NCBI GenBank assembly: GCA_035287065.1
Contig: DATECD010000153.1
Coordinates: 1 to 28,166 of the forward strand
Source of the DNA: Chlamydiales bacterium
Lineage (GTDB): Bacteria > Chlamydiota > Chlamydiia > Chlamydiales > SM23-39
Length of the DNA stretch: 28,166 nucleotides
Direction: 5' to 3'
Part shown: in pieces, positions 1 through 9,077 of the stretch
Layout: each line of letters opens with the position of its first letter
How positions within the stretch are numbered: position 1 is the first letter of the stretch
Program-made: the position numbers and the translations under genes
The notes under the pieces: model-generated
What the model was told of the DNA's origin: nothing
Databases searched by the model: none
Seen by the model: the letters and a program-made list of their open reading frames with translations, nothing else

Positions 1-1
1 A

Positions 2-376
2 TTGAAAAAAAGAGCCACGGAAATAACGTTTCTTAAGCGAAGAGTAGCCGTTGTTCAGTCTCAAGAGATGGTTCTTGTTGGAAAAGGTGAACGTGGAAAG
101 GTAATGGCAGATCTTTACGAATTTCCCTACTTTGAAGAAGGAGAAGAATTCATGGGTGCAATTTTTCAAAAATTTGGACTTCAAGTGCGTTTGGTAAGAA
201 GACTCCGAGAAATTACTCACACATTTACAAAGTTTAAAGCGCTTCTTTATCCCTATCTTTTAAAGACCGATACCCCCCTTCCCATTCCTGGATGGGACTG
301 GATGACAAAAAAAGATCTCTATCGCCTTCCTTTCTCTGCAGGTCATCGGAAGATTTTGAAGGAGATTCTGCAATGA
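2..376 (+). CDS. mutY: A/G-specific adenine glycosylase MutY, C-terminal NUDIX-like domain (5'-truncated by window edge)
   Basis: Frame is open from the window start. 'LYEFPYFE...ITHTFTKFK...LPFSAGHRKIL' matches the pattern of the MutY C-terminal domain (LwEFP, i.HtFth, lpfs..hrKil). Stop TGA 374-376 overlaps the next ATG (ATGA). Confidence 0.8.
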   Translation: MKKRATEITFLKRRVAVVQSQEMVLVGKGERGKVMADLYEFPYFEEGEEFMGAIFQKFGLQVRLVRRLREITHTFTKFKALLYPYLLKTDTPLPIPGWDWMTKKDLYRLPFSAGHRKILKEILQ

Positions 377-1485
377 GAATTTTGCATTTGGAAGCATCCA
401 CTGGATGGGGTGGACAAGAGATCCGTATTTTAAGAGAGGCAGAAGGGATGCGCTCAAGAGGACATGAGATCTTTTTTGCAATTCAGCCTCGAGGCAAATT
501 ACTCGATGCTGTTTGTAAAGCGCGCTTTACATTTATGCCGCTCTCTTTTCATAAAGAGAGTTGGCTTATCTCTTTAGCAAGACTTCTCTATTGGATTCGA
601 AAGCATCGGATTGATGTGATTAATACCCACTCTTCTTTAGATGCCTGGTTAGGAGGGATCGCAGGGCGCCTTGCTGGGGTTCCAGTACTGAGAACACGCC
701 ATCTTTCAACGCCGATTAAAAAAGGTTGGAATAGTAGGTTTTTGTATGGGACGCTTGCCGATGCTGTTGTGACAACTTGCGCTGAGATGGTTCTTGTGAT
801 TTGTGAACAATCAGGTAAAGCTAAAGAGCTTTGCTGGTCGATCCCTACGGGTGTAAATCCAGAAAAAATTATTTCCGATCCTGTCAAAACGTCCGCATTT
901 CGCAATCGCTACGGAATAGCTCCCACCGATTTTCTCGTTGGAACTGCTTGTTTCATGCGCTCTTGGAAAGGGATTTCTGACTTTTTGCAAGCCGCCCATC
1001 TTCTTCGAGACGTCCCTGGGCTTCGATGGATGATCATTGGAGGTGGACATGAGGAGCGCTTCCGCTTAGAAGCTGCAGATCTAAAGTTAGATGGAATTGT
1101 GCAATTTACTGGCCATTTAGAAGATCCTCTTCCGGCATTAGGGGCATTAGATCTCTTTACACTTCTTAGCACAGCCCACGAAGGTGTCTCGCAAGCAATT
1201 TTGCAAGCCGCTTATTTACAAAAGCCTTTAGTAGCAACTCCAACTGGCGGACTAAGAGAGGTTTGTCAAGATGGGATCACAGGGCTCTTGGTTCCCCCTT
1301 TTTCCCCAAAAAGTGTTGCACAGGCAGTTCAGACCCTTAAAGAAGATTGCAACTTGCGAGAGCAATTTGGGAAAAATGGTAAACGACTTGTAGAAGATAA
1401 ATTCCTCTATCAGAAGATGTTAGATCAAATGGAAGAGGTATTTTATTCATTTCAGCATAAAAGTTCATGCCTCGCAAGGGACTGA
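373..1485 (+). CDS. Glycosyltransferase family 4 (GT-B, LPS/surface glycan), 370 aa
   Basis: Start moved to ATG 373 (GGAG at 361-364; ATGA overlap with mutY). N-terminus 'MRILHLEASTGWGGQE', 'NTHSSLD', 'RTRH' and C-terminal 'HEGVSQAILQAAYLQKPLVATPTGGLRE' (GT4 donor-binding region). Confidence 0.9.
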   Translation: MRILHLEASTGWGGQEIRILREAEGMRSRGHEIFFAIQPRGKLLDAVCKARFTFMPLSFHKESWLISLARLLYWIRKHRIDVINTHSSLDAWLGGIAGRLAGVPVLRTRHLSTPIKKGWNSRFLYGTLADAVVTTCAEMVLVICEQSGKAKELCWSIPTGVNPEKIISDPVKTSAFRNRYGIAPTDFLVGTACFMRSWKGISDFLQAAHLLRDVPGLRWMIIGGGHEERFRLEAADLKLDGIVQFTGHLEDPLPALGALDLFTLLSTAHEGVSQAILQAAYLQKPLVATPTGGLREVCQDGITGLLVPPFSPKSVAQAVQTLKEDCNLREQFGKNGKRLVEDKFLYQKMLDQMEEVFYSFQHKSSCLARD

Positions 1486-1821
1486 AACTTTACCATTTAG
1501 CGCTGATTTGCGCATTTCAATGTACTGGGGAAGATCTACCCCTGATGATTGAAAGCGGTCCAGGATGTAACGAGACATAGGTGAGTCTTCTCTTGCCTGT
1601 AAAAACTTTTCAACCTCTTCTAATGCAGCTTTTTCTCCTTCTTGATTATGAAACTCTTGTTGAAGGTAAGCTGCGCGTACTAAATGGTGGATTTGTGAAA
1701 AATCAGCAGACGGGCGAGAGGTAAAATGAAACGTTAAGCACCCCACCCCTGCTAGGATGTAAAGTACTGGTATAAAATTGGATGAGAAAGAGACTAAAAG
1801 CCGTCTCTTAATCGTGTTCAT
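1465..1821 (-). CDS. Hypothetical single-pass membrane protein, about 118 aa
   Basis: Probable start ATG 1821 (MNTIKRRLL...), overlapping the upstream gene's stop by 14 nt. A basic N-terminus is followed by hydrophobic 'FIPVLYILAGVGCLTFHF' and a helical soluble part. The start is uncertain (the track starts at 1911). Confidence 0.6.
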   Translation of the reverse strand: MNTIKRRLLVSFSSNFIPVLYILAGVGCLTFHFTSRPSADFSQIHHLVRAAYLQQEFHNQEGEKAALEEVEKFLQAREDSPMSRYILDRFQSSGVDLPQYIEMRKSALNGKVSVPCEA

Positions 1822-2257
1822 CTTCTGCTGCAACTTTACGCGCTGATTTTGGTTCGTTTGCTTTGACGATTTGTCCATGTCGAATGAAGTAGTGATAAGA
1901 AGAGCCTCCAAGTAGTCCTAGAAAGGCGAAGGAGAGAAATGGGATGAAAAGAGCAACGACAATTTTCACGATACCAAAGATCACTTCGGTCATCTTCTCC
2001 TGCTTGAAGGTGAACGTATAGAACTGTTTTAGCCCTTTTTCCGTCTGGAGGGGGAAGATAATTGCGATCAGCGTACCGATTGCAAGAAACAGGATAGAGA
2101 ATCTAGGACCTGTGAAAAAATCAAATGAGCTCGAGATAGCAGCGATGATTAAGGCAATCGCACTGAAGGCCTCTGTGGTATGCTTACGCGCAAACCCCTC
2201 TATTTCATTGACTGAGATCCCTTCTTTAATTTTATCTGTGAATTTATTTTTGTCCAT
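1808..2257 (-). CDS. Hypothetical multi-pass membrane protein, 149 aa
   Basis: About four hydrophobic segments (AFSAIALIIAAISSSF; FSILFLAIGTLIAIIFP; VIFGIVKIVVALFIPFLSFAFLGLLGG) flanked by charged termini. A promoter-like sequence lies upstream. Confidence 0.75.
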   Translation of the reverse strand: MDKNKFTDKIKEGISVNEIEGFARKHTTEAFSAIALIIAAISSSFDFFTGPRFSILFLAIGTLIAIIFPLQTEKGLKQFYTFTFKQEKMTEVIFGIVKIVVALFIPFLSFAFLGLLGGSSYHYFIRHGQIVKANEPKSARKVAAEDEHD

Positions 2258-2293
2258 AGGAGCCCTTTTAAAATAAAATACTTCTTAATCTGT

Positions 2294-2322
2294 ATTAAAA
2301 ATGTTATTTTATTTATTTGCAA
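2294..2322 (-). promoter_or_regulatory. Putative sigma70/sigma66-type promoter for 1808..2257
   Basis: On the minus strand: TTGCAA (2322-2317), 17-nt spacer, TTTAAT (2299-2294), in an AT-rich divergent intergenic region. Confidence 0.45.
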
Positions 2323-2425
2323 GGGGCTCTATACAGAAAGAACAAATACTCCCTAAAGCCCCTTCCCTCTTATCTTTTTTTTTCAAATTGTTTAGACTCG
2401 AGAGGTTTCTTGATTTTGGATTGAA

Positions 2426-3607
2426 ATGAAGCCAGACAACCGATATTTGCTTTTTCCGAAAGAGATCTTAAAGGTAGGTTTTTTGCTTCTTGCTGGATGT
2501 AGTGTAGTTGCATCTCTTTCTTTGTGGTTTTTTAGCAAAAATCGAGAAAGTGCGCGGCTAACACAAAGAGTAGATCAAGGAGAAAGTCAGAAAGCGCTCC
2601 TTTTTTCTATAGATGAAGAAGAGAATATCATCCCATTGCCCTTACCTCGAGTTGAGTTGGAGTTAGAGTTTTTTCGTACTCCCTCTAGACCGGGAAGTGA
2701 TGTGAAAGGACACGCGCAGTGTGTTGTCAAATTGAAACGATCAAGTGAGTTAAAGAAAATAGAGTTGCCTTGTCGTCTTGACCTTCAATATGGCGTGAAT
2801 CAAATCCTCTATTTTTCACCACAAAAATCTACTTTTTGGTTAGATCTTTCTGAGTCTGCTAACGGAAGAGTTCTTGGAACTTTGCAAGCAGAAGGTAGTC
2901 TTGAGACCGTCTCTTTTACAAAAGAGATGCGAGATATTCCGATTCGAACGGCTAAAGAATTTGAAGAGAAAACCCCATTTCGTATTCTTGCAGATGCAAT
3001 TTGGAATGGCTGGAATCTGATTGCAGAAAAATATGAAGGAAAAAAACGTTTTCGCCTGTTGATTCAAGATAAACTTGTCGAAGTGGAAGAGGGCGGATGG
3101 TTTTTTTGGCAGGAGGGAAGTTGGAAAAATGGAGAAGTTCCGATGGCGCTTCCTCTCGATGCGCAAGCTGCGCGCATCGCTTTTGTGGACAGTAAGCAAA
3201 TGATTTTAGAAGGGTGGGATGGAGCTGATTCAGTGCGTATTTCTTTGACTTTAACCCCTTCAACGCCTTTGAATTTACGTCCAGAGGAGATGTTAAGCGC
3301 ACTGCGTGTGAGATCTGAAAAGCAGATGAGTTGTATGCTAGATAAGCAATGCTTCATTTTGCGCGCTGGAGAATGGGTATTGAAAAACAATGGGAAATGG
3401 AAAGTGCTAAGAACTCAGGAAGAAAAAGAGAGCTTTCGTGAAGGAAAACTCTTAGGTGAGCTTTTTGTTTTTGAGAAGATTGAAGTAAAGCAAGGGCAAA
3501 AATGGGTGCAGGGAGTTTTATTTAGTAAAGAAAGGACAGAGGCAGTGCCTATCCAAATGGCAGTGAATCAATCCCCCCTTCGAAAAGGGAAGGGGCAGTC
3601 TCCATGA
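2426..3607 (+). CDS. Conserved-hypothetical membrane-anchored protein leading the gsp operon (CT573-like by position), 393 aa
   Basis: One N-terminal TM segment (VGFLLLAGCSVVASLSLWFF), then a large beta-rich domain. Its stop overlaps the gspD start (ATGA 3604-3607). The CT573 comparison rests on recalled chlamydial gene order, not on an alignment. Confidence 0.7.
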   Translation: MKPDNRYLLFPKEILKVGFLLLAGCSVVASLSLWFFSKNRESARLTQRVDQGESQKALLFSIDEEENIIPLPLPRVELELEFFRTPSRPGSDVKGHAQCVVKLKRSSELKKIELPCRLDLQYGVNQILYFSPQKSTFWLDLSESANGRVLGTLQAEGSLETVSFTKEMRDIPIRTAKEFEEKTPFRILADAIWNGWNLIAEKYEGKKRFRLLIQDKLVEVEEGGWFFWQEGSWKNGEVPMALPLDAQAARIAFVDSKQMILEGWDGADSVRISLTLTPSTPLNLRPEEMLSALRVRSEKQMSCMLDKQCFILRAGEWVLKNNGKWKVLRTQEEKESFREGKLLGELFVFEKIEVKQGQKWVQGVLFSKERTEAVPIQMAVNQSPLRKGKGQSP

Positions 3608-5928
3608 AAGGTTCTTTTATCTTTCTTTTTTGGGCAGGATGCTTGCTCGCATCTCAAGACGTTTCTTATCCCCTTGGAGGTGGTGTTGAAGGGGCTATCA
3701 CTTTCAATAGCTGTTTAGCAGACCTCCGTTTGCAACTTAAAGAGACTTTTGAAAAGACAGCTGTTCTTGCAGATCAAGGGGGAGGAGATTTGGAGTATGC
3801 CGCCCTTTTGACTGAAATAAAAAGATTAAGAAGCAAGATTCGAGAGCTTGAAGAAAGATGGCGCGCAAGTGTTGTAAATGAACTAGCCGCAGGTGATGAA
3901 CCCTATGCTTTATGGGATGTAGGGGAAGCAACTTTAAGTCAATTGATCATGGAGTATGGGGCAACTGATCATCTCTACATCATCCCTCAAGAGCTTAGCT
4001 CCATGAAGATCAGCCTTTTTTCTAGTATCCCTTTGCCGCGGGAATCTTGGAGTGAAATGATCGAGATGATTCTTGTACAAAATGGGGTTGGGATTAAGAC
4101 GCTGAATTCATTTGTAAAGCAGCTTTACATTTTCAAACTCGACCCCTCTGCCATTCAGGCAATTGTCAGTCAGGAAAAAGATCTTGCCCTCTTTTCTAAC
4201 TACTCTCGATTGGTTTTTGTCTTTTCTCCGTCTGCTGAGCATTTGAAATCGGTACAAGCTTTCTTTGAGCGTTTCTCTGATCAAAGACAGACAACCATTC
4301 AGTCGATCGGCTCGAAACTGGTCATCTCCTCAACGAAAGAGGCGATTGAAAAGCTGATGGGCCTTTATCACGCAATATGGGAACAGGGTCGTGGGCGTGT
4401 TGCGCGTATCTTCAATCCCACAAAGATCAGTACGGAAGAAGCAGAAAAAGTATTGAAAGCGCTTTTTGCAGATCCTGGGATAAAAGGGCGTCCTCCTTAC
4501 TATCCAGCTGGCGCTGATGAATTGTCTTTTCTCTCTCTTCCACAAGGGCTTGTTTTGATTGGTGAAACCGAAACTGTGGATCGGGGACAGCAGATATTGA
4601 AGGATCTAGAGAGCCAGTTAGAAGATCCTGGAGAGAAAGTGATCTACTGGTATTGCTGTAAACATGCAAATCCAGAAGACGTTGCGCAAGTTTTAGAAAA
4701 AGTGTACGACTCTCTTCTCGGTTGTCATCTGGAAAAAAGGCAAGAGCCAGCTCCGCCGCCTCCTCCATGTCCTGCCCCTACATGTGCTCCAATACCTCCT
4801 GCAGAACCGGGCCAGCTGCCTGGGCCTATTTATCCACCTGCTTTTCAGCCTTTTAATCCCGTGCTTCCGGCCACGGCTCCTTTTGTACAAGGCGCAGTGT
4901 TAGATAAAAGTAAGCAAAACAATTTCGGCAACTTCATTGTAGATACAAAGACAAGCTCGGTTTTGATGGTTGTTCGACGTGAAGAACTTCCAAAAATCAA
5001 GTCGATCTTGAAAAAACTCGATGTGCCGAAGCGGATGGTCCAACTCGATGTTCTTCTTGTCGAGAAAAAATTGACAGATCGGAAACAGGTTGGCATTAAC
5101 CTTTTGAGACTTGGAACAAGCGCTTCAGATACAACGCAAAATGCCCTTACCTTCGACAACGAAGAGAAAGCGCTTCATAAAGGGATCTTAAGCTTTATGT
5201 TCAGCCGTACAGGGGGCGATCATGGGCCAGCTTTTGATTTGACATACAATTTCTTGATGGCTCAAGAGGATTTAAGGATTAATGCGAACCCTTCTGTCCT
5301 TGCGATCAATCAGACGCCTGCGACGATTTCGATTGTTGAAGAGATTTCAATCGATAACGGCGCAATCCCTGTGCAGCTTGCAGCAGGAGGCGTAACCTTT
5401 GAGCGCTCTTTCACGCGGGCTCAATACGGGATTACGATCAATCTGACTCCCACGATTCACATGGGAGATGCTGAAGATGAGGAAGAGAAGACCGCTTTTG
5501 TCTCTTTAGAGACAAATCTCGAATTTGACACGACTCACATGACGGTGAATGAAAGACCGCCTGTGAATCGACGTCACATTGAAAACCAAGTGTGTGTCGC
5601 TGATGGGGAGACTGTAATCCTTGGAGGATTGCGGCGTAAGATGGAAGAAGATGTGAGGGATAAAATCCCTTTCCTAGGCGATCTTCCTGGAATTGGGAAA
5701 TTATTTGGTTTAACAAAAATTCACGACACGAATACGGAAATGTTTGTTTTTATCACTCCTCGCATTATTCGCAATCCAGTGGATGATCTTCGGAAAATCA
5801 GAACAATGGAATATACATTGCGACCGGGCGATACCCCAGAATTTCTTGAGAAAATCGATGCCGCTAAAAATGCTCAGAGAAAACGTGTTTTTGATAACAG
5901 CATGAAGATGCTCTTCGATATGTATTAG
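3604..5928 (+). CDS. gspD: Type II secretion secretin GspD, 774 aa
   Basis: Signal-peptide-like N-terminus. Secretin motifs 'IVDTKTSSVLMVVRREELPKIKSILKKLDVPKRMVQLDVLLVE', 'NPSVLAINQTPATI', 'DGETVILGGL', 'KIPFLGDLPGIGKLFG', 'EMFVFITPRII'. Followed by gspE and gspF. Confidence 0.95.
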   Translation: MKGSFIFLFWAGCLLASQDVSYPLGGGVEGAITFNSCLADLRLQLKETFEKTAVLADQGGGDLEYAALLTEIKRLRSKIRELEERWRASVVNELAAGDEPYALWDVGEATLSQLIMEYGATDHLYIIPQELSSMKISLFSSIPLPRESWSEMIEMILVQNGVGIKTLNSFVKQLYIFKLDPSAIQAIVSQEKDLALFSNYSRLVFVFSPSAEHLKSVQAFFERFSDQRQTTIQSIGSKLVISSTKEAIEKLMGLYHAIWEQGRGRVARIFNPTKISTEEAEKVLKALFADPGIKGRPPYYPAGADELSFLSLPQGLVLIGETETVDRGQQILKDLESQLEDPGEKVIYWYCCKHANPEDVAQVLEKVYDSLLGCHLEKRQEPAPPPPPCPAPTCAPIPPAEPGQLPGPIYPPAFQPFNPVLPATAPFVQGAVLDKSKQNNFGNFIVDTKTSSVLMVVRREELPKIKSILKKLDVPKRMVQLDVLLVEKKLTDRKQVGINLLRLGTSASDTTQNALTFDNEEKALHKGILSFMFSRTGGDHGPAFDLTYNFLMAQEDLRINANPSVLAINQTPATISIVEEISIDNGAIPVQLAAGGVTFERSFTRAQYGITINLTPTIHMGDAEDEEEKTAFVSLETNLEFDTTHMTVNERPPVNRRHIENQVCVADGETVILGGLRRKMEEDVRDKIPFLGDLPGIGKLFGLTKIHDTNTEMFVFITPRIIRNPVDDLRKIRTMEYTLRPGDTPEFLEKIDAAKNAQRKRVFDNSMKMLFDMY

Positions 5929-5969
5929 ACCTATCGACAGAAGCTAAGTTATGCAAGAGGTCTACTTAT

Positions 5970-7520
5970 ATGGAAAAACAGCTAGCTCTTCGCTTCGGTC
6001 TTCCCGTCTATGAGAAGATCGACTCTTTTCTCTACGTTAAAGATAAAGTTGCGATCATCCCCTATGCCTTTGCTAAACAAAAAGGGGTCCTTCCATTAGA
6101 GGAAAATGAGAATGGAGTGATTATTGCAGTAGCAGATCCTTTGGAGGTAGAGGCGCTTGCTATCTTACGACTCCTTTTGAAAAAAGCGATGGTCCCCATT
6201 TTTGTATCAAAAGAGAGGCTGGAAGAAGCAATCGAGCGTTGCTATCAGCAAAAAGAGGAGGAGACGCAACGTTTTTTTTCTAATTTAGGAAAGGCGCAAG
6301 AGGGAACTTTGAATAAAGAGGGTGCCGAGGAGTATGATCTTCTTGAGCAAGTTGATGAAAATCCAGTTGTGCGCCTTGTCAATACGTTCTTCTTAGAGGC
6401 CATTCAGCAAGGGGCATCTGATATCCATTTTGAACCCACACAAGAGGGGCTCTCCATTCGCTATCGGGTCGATGGGGTGCTTTTAAAAAAACATACTCCC
6501 CCTCGCGAATATCAACAGCAAATCCTGACGAGAATTAAGGTGATGGCCAAGATGGACATTGCAGAGCAAAGACTTCCTCAAGATGGGCGAATCAAGTTAC
6601 ATCACGGAGGAAGGGAGATCGATTTTCGAGTCAGCACGCTTCCTATGATTTACGGGGAAAGAGTTGTGCTCCGGATTCTTGATAAAGGAAATATCGTACT
6701 CGGGATTGATCGGATTGGGATGTCCCCTTCTCTTCTTAAATCTTTCCGAAAGCTTATCCATCTTTCTGAAGGGATTGTTTTAGTGACTGGGCCAACTGGA
6801 AGTGGAAAAACGACAACGCTCTATAGCGCTCTTTCAGAAATTAACGCGACCGAGATGAACGTAATGACCATTGAGGATCCCGTTGAGTATAAACTCTCTG
6901 GTATTTCCCAGATGAATGTGAACCGGAAGATCGAGCTCGACTTTTCTAAAGGCCTACGCCACATCTTAAGACAAGATCCCGATGTCATTATGATTGGAGA
7001 GATCCGCGATAAAGAGACGGCAGAGATTGCAATTCAAGCATCGCTGACAGGACACTTAGTTCTTAGTACACTCCATACCAATGATGCTCCGTCTGCTTTG
7101 ACGCGTCTTGCAGATATGGGCATTGAACCCTATCTTCTCGCCTCCTCCATTTTAGGTGTCCTTGCGCAACGGCTTGTTCGAAAGATCTGTCCGAATTGCA
7201 AAGTTTCTTATGTCCCGTCTCAAGAAGAAGTAGAGGAGTTGGGTGTGAAAGAAAGAGAGAAAATCTTCTTTAAAGGAACGGGATGTCCTCACTGCTTTGG
7301 AACTGGATACCGGGGGCGTTGCGGGGTTTATGAACTCATGCTCATGGATGGGAAAATCAAAGAGCAAGTACTTCTCAGTCAAGATGCAGAAGAACTAAGA
7401 AAGGTGGCTTTACAGCAAGGGATGAGCACTCTTTTTGATCAAGGTTTACAACTAGTCTATTCAGGGAATACAACCTCATCAGAACTTCTGCGCGTCACAA
7501 GACTGCGTGAGGAGGTTTAG
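5970..7520 (+). CDS. gspE: Type II secretion ATPase GspE, 516 aa
   Basis: 'ASDIHFEP', 'RLPQDGR', Walker A 'GPTGSGKTTT', 'TIEDPVEY', 'LRQDPDVIMIGEIRD', His box 'LSTLHTND', tetracysteine CPNC...CPHC. Confidence 0.97.
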   Translation: MEKQLALRFGLPVYEKIDSFLYVKDKVAIIPYAFAKQKGVLPLEENENGVIIAVADPLEVEALAILRLLLKKAMVPIFVSKERLEEAIERCYQQKEEETQRFFSNLGKAQEGTLNKEGAEEYDLLEQVDENPVVRLVNTFFLEAIQQGASDIHFEPTQEGLSIRYRVDGVLLKKHTPPREYQQQILTRIKVMAKMDIAEQRLPQDGRIKLHHGGREIDFRVSTLPMIYGERVVLRILDKGNIVLGIDRIGMSPSLLKSFRKLIHLSEGIVLVTGPTGSGKTTTLYSALSEINATEMNVMTIEDPVEYKLSGISQMNVNRKIELDFSKGLRHILRQDPDVIMIGEIRDKETAEIAIQASLTGHLVLSTLHTNDAPSALTRLADMGIEPYLLASSILGVLAQRLVRKICPNCKVSYVPSQEEVEELGVKEREKIFFKGTGCPHCFGTGYRGRCGVYELMLMDGKIKEQVLLSQDAEELRKVALQQGMSTLFDQGLQLVYSGNTTSSELLRVTRLREEV

Positions 7521-8705
7521 ATGTCACTTTTCCGCTATCAAGCCCTTTCTGAGACTGGGAAAAAAGTTCAAGCAACGATCGATGCAGTCAATCTTCAAGA
7601 GGCAAAACAAAAACTTCTTCGTTTGAAGGTCATCGCCATTCGATTAGAAGAGGTCTCAAGCCAAGATGTGGCTAAGGCATTAACTAAGGGGGAGCTACTT
7701 GCTTTAACAAGAGAGATTGCAAGGCTTTTACAAGCAGGTCTTCCTCTTTATGAAACTTTGGCTGCTCTTGAAGAAAAATATCGAGGGATGAAACCGCACG
7801 CCATGCTTTTGGACTTAAGCTCCAAAGTCAAAACGGGGCGCTCCCTTTCCCATTTGTTAAAAGAACATTCTCAAACATTTGATCTTCTCTATATTTCCAT
7901 GGTGGCCAATGCAGAAAAAACGGGGCGTCTCACAGAAAGTTTTGAAGAATTGGCTCAGCTGATTACGCGTCAACTGCAAGTGCGCAAAGCAATTGTGGGG
8001 GCGCTCCTTTACCCAGCACTTCTTTCTTGTTTTTGTTTAATTGTTTTCTCCTCTTTACTTTTCTTTGTCGTCCCCTCTTTAAGCGAACTGTTTGAAGGAA
8101 GAAACTTACATCCTTTTACTAAAATCGTATTTGCAGTGAGTGCGTGGGCCTGTGCATGCAAAACCTTTTTTCTCTTTTTATTTCTTCTTTTTGTAGCAGT
8201 TCTTTTCACAGCCTGTTTTTCTAAGAAGGGAAAAGAGAAATGTATGCAGATCGCTGCGCACCTTCCTTTCTTCAAACCTTTGCTTGCTAAAGTAGCTCTC
8301 ATCCGCTTTACAAGATCGATGGCAACTCTTCTTGAAGGAGGGGTGCCACTATTAGGAGCTCTTACTCAAGCGAGGACTTCAATTTACCATGTTGATCTTG
8401 AAAGACTTGTTGCAACTGCAGAGCAAAAGATTGCAGAAGGGACGCATCTTTCTCTTTGTTTTGAAAATCAACCCCTTATTCCCCCTCTTGTTCCTAGGAT
8501 GTTTGCAATTGCAGAACAAAGTGGGAAATTTTCTTTTACCATGCAACAAATTGCACAAATTTATGAAGAAGAGTTAGAAATTGCCCTTGCTAATTTTGCT
8601 AACTTCGCGCAACCTATTCTCTTACTCATTCTAGGGGGACTTGTAGGATTTGTTCTCTTATCCGTTCTACTTCCTCTTACAGATGTGGGTTCTTTTGCAA
8701 CGTGA
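7521..8705 (+). CDS. gspF: Type II secretion inner-membrane platform protein GspF, 394 aa
   Basis: 'MSLFRYQAL', 'LLQAGLPLYETL', 'MVANAEKTGRL', 'LLYPALL', 'LLEGGVPL', 'MFAIAEQSG', 'SVLLPL'. Starts immediately after the gspE stop. Confidence 0.95.
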   Translation: MSLFRYQALSETGKKVQATIDAVNLQEAKQKLLRLKVIAIRLEEVSSQDVAKALTKGELLALTREIARLLQAGLPLYETLAALEEKYRGMKPHAMLLDLSSKVKTGRSLSHLLKEHSQTFDLLYISMVANAEKTGRLTESFEELAQLITRQLQVRKAIVGALLYPALLSCFCLIVFSSLLFFVVPSLSELFEGRNLHPFTKIVFAVSAWACACKTFFLFLFLLFVAVLFTACFSKKGKEKCMQIAAHLPFFKPLLAKVALIRFTRSMATLLEGGVPLLGALTQARTSIYHVDLERLVATAEQKIAEGTHLSLCFENQPLIPPLVPRMFAIAEQSGKFSFTMQQIAQIYEEELEIALANFANFAQPILLLILGGLVGFVLLSVLLPLTDVGSFAT

Positions 8706-8714
8706 AGGTTTTCT

Positions 8715-9077
8715 ATGCGAAAAAAAAGAAGTTTGACTCTTCTCGAAATTATGATTGTTATCTTTCTCATTACGCTCATCACTGGAGCTATTGGCTATAA
8801 CATGAGGGGGACATTGGACCGCGGGCGTGCATTTCGCACAGTGCAGGCAAAAGAGCAGTTACAAGATCTTCTTCTCATGTGCGTAGAAGAGGGGGATAAA
8901 GGGAATGATATTGCTAAAGATCCGAAAAGGTACCTCGACAAATACAGACTGGCTAAAAATAGTGGAAAACTGATTCAAGATGGGTGGGGAAATGATTTTG
9001 ATATTGAATATAAAGGGGGCGAGTTTGTAATTAAGTCTAAAATTCATGACAAATATCAAGAAGATCAGAAAAAATAG
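8715..9077 (+). CDS. gspG: Major pseudopilin (GspG-like), 120 aa
   Basis: Short basic leader MRKKRS, then 'LTLLEIMIVIFLITLITGAI' (type IV pilin N-terminal helix with Glu5). The C-terminal 'DGWGNDF' resembles the GspG D-P-W-G-x motif. Confidence 0.8.
   Translation: MRKKRSLTLLEIMIVIFLITLITGAIGYNMRGTLDRGRAFRTVQAKEQLQDLLLMCVEEGDKGNDIAKDPKRYLDKYRLAKNSGKLIQDGWGNDFDIEYKGGEFVIKSKIHDKYQEDQKK

Noticed and set aside
292-372. GT4 start at 292
   Set aside because: It lies inside mutY. ATG 373 has an SD, an ATGA overlap and the family-typical MRILH start.
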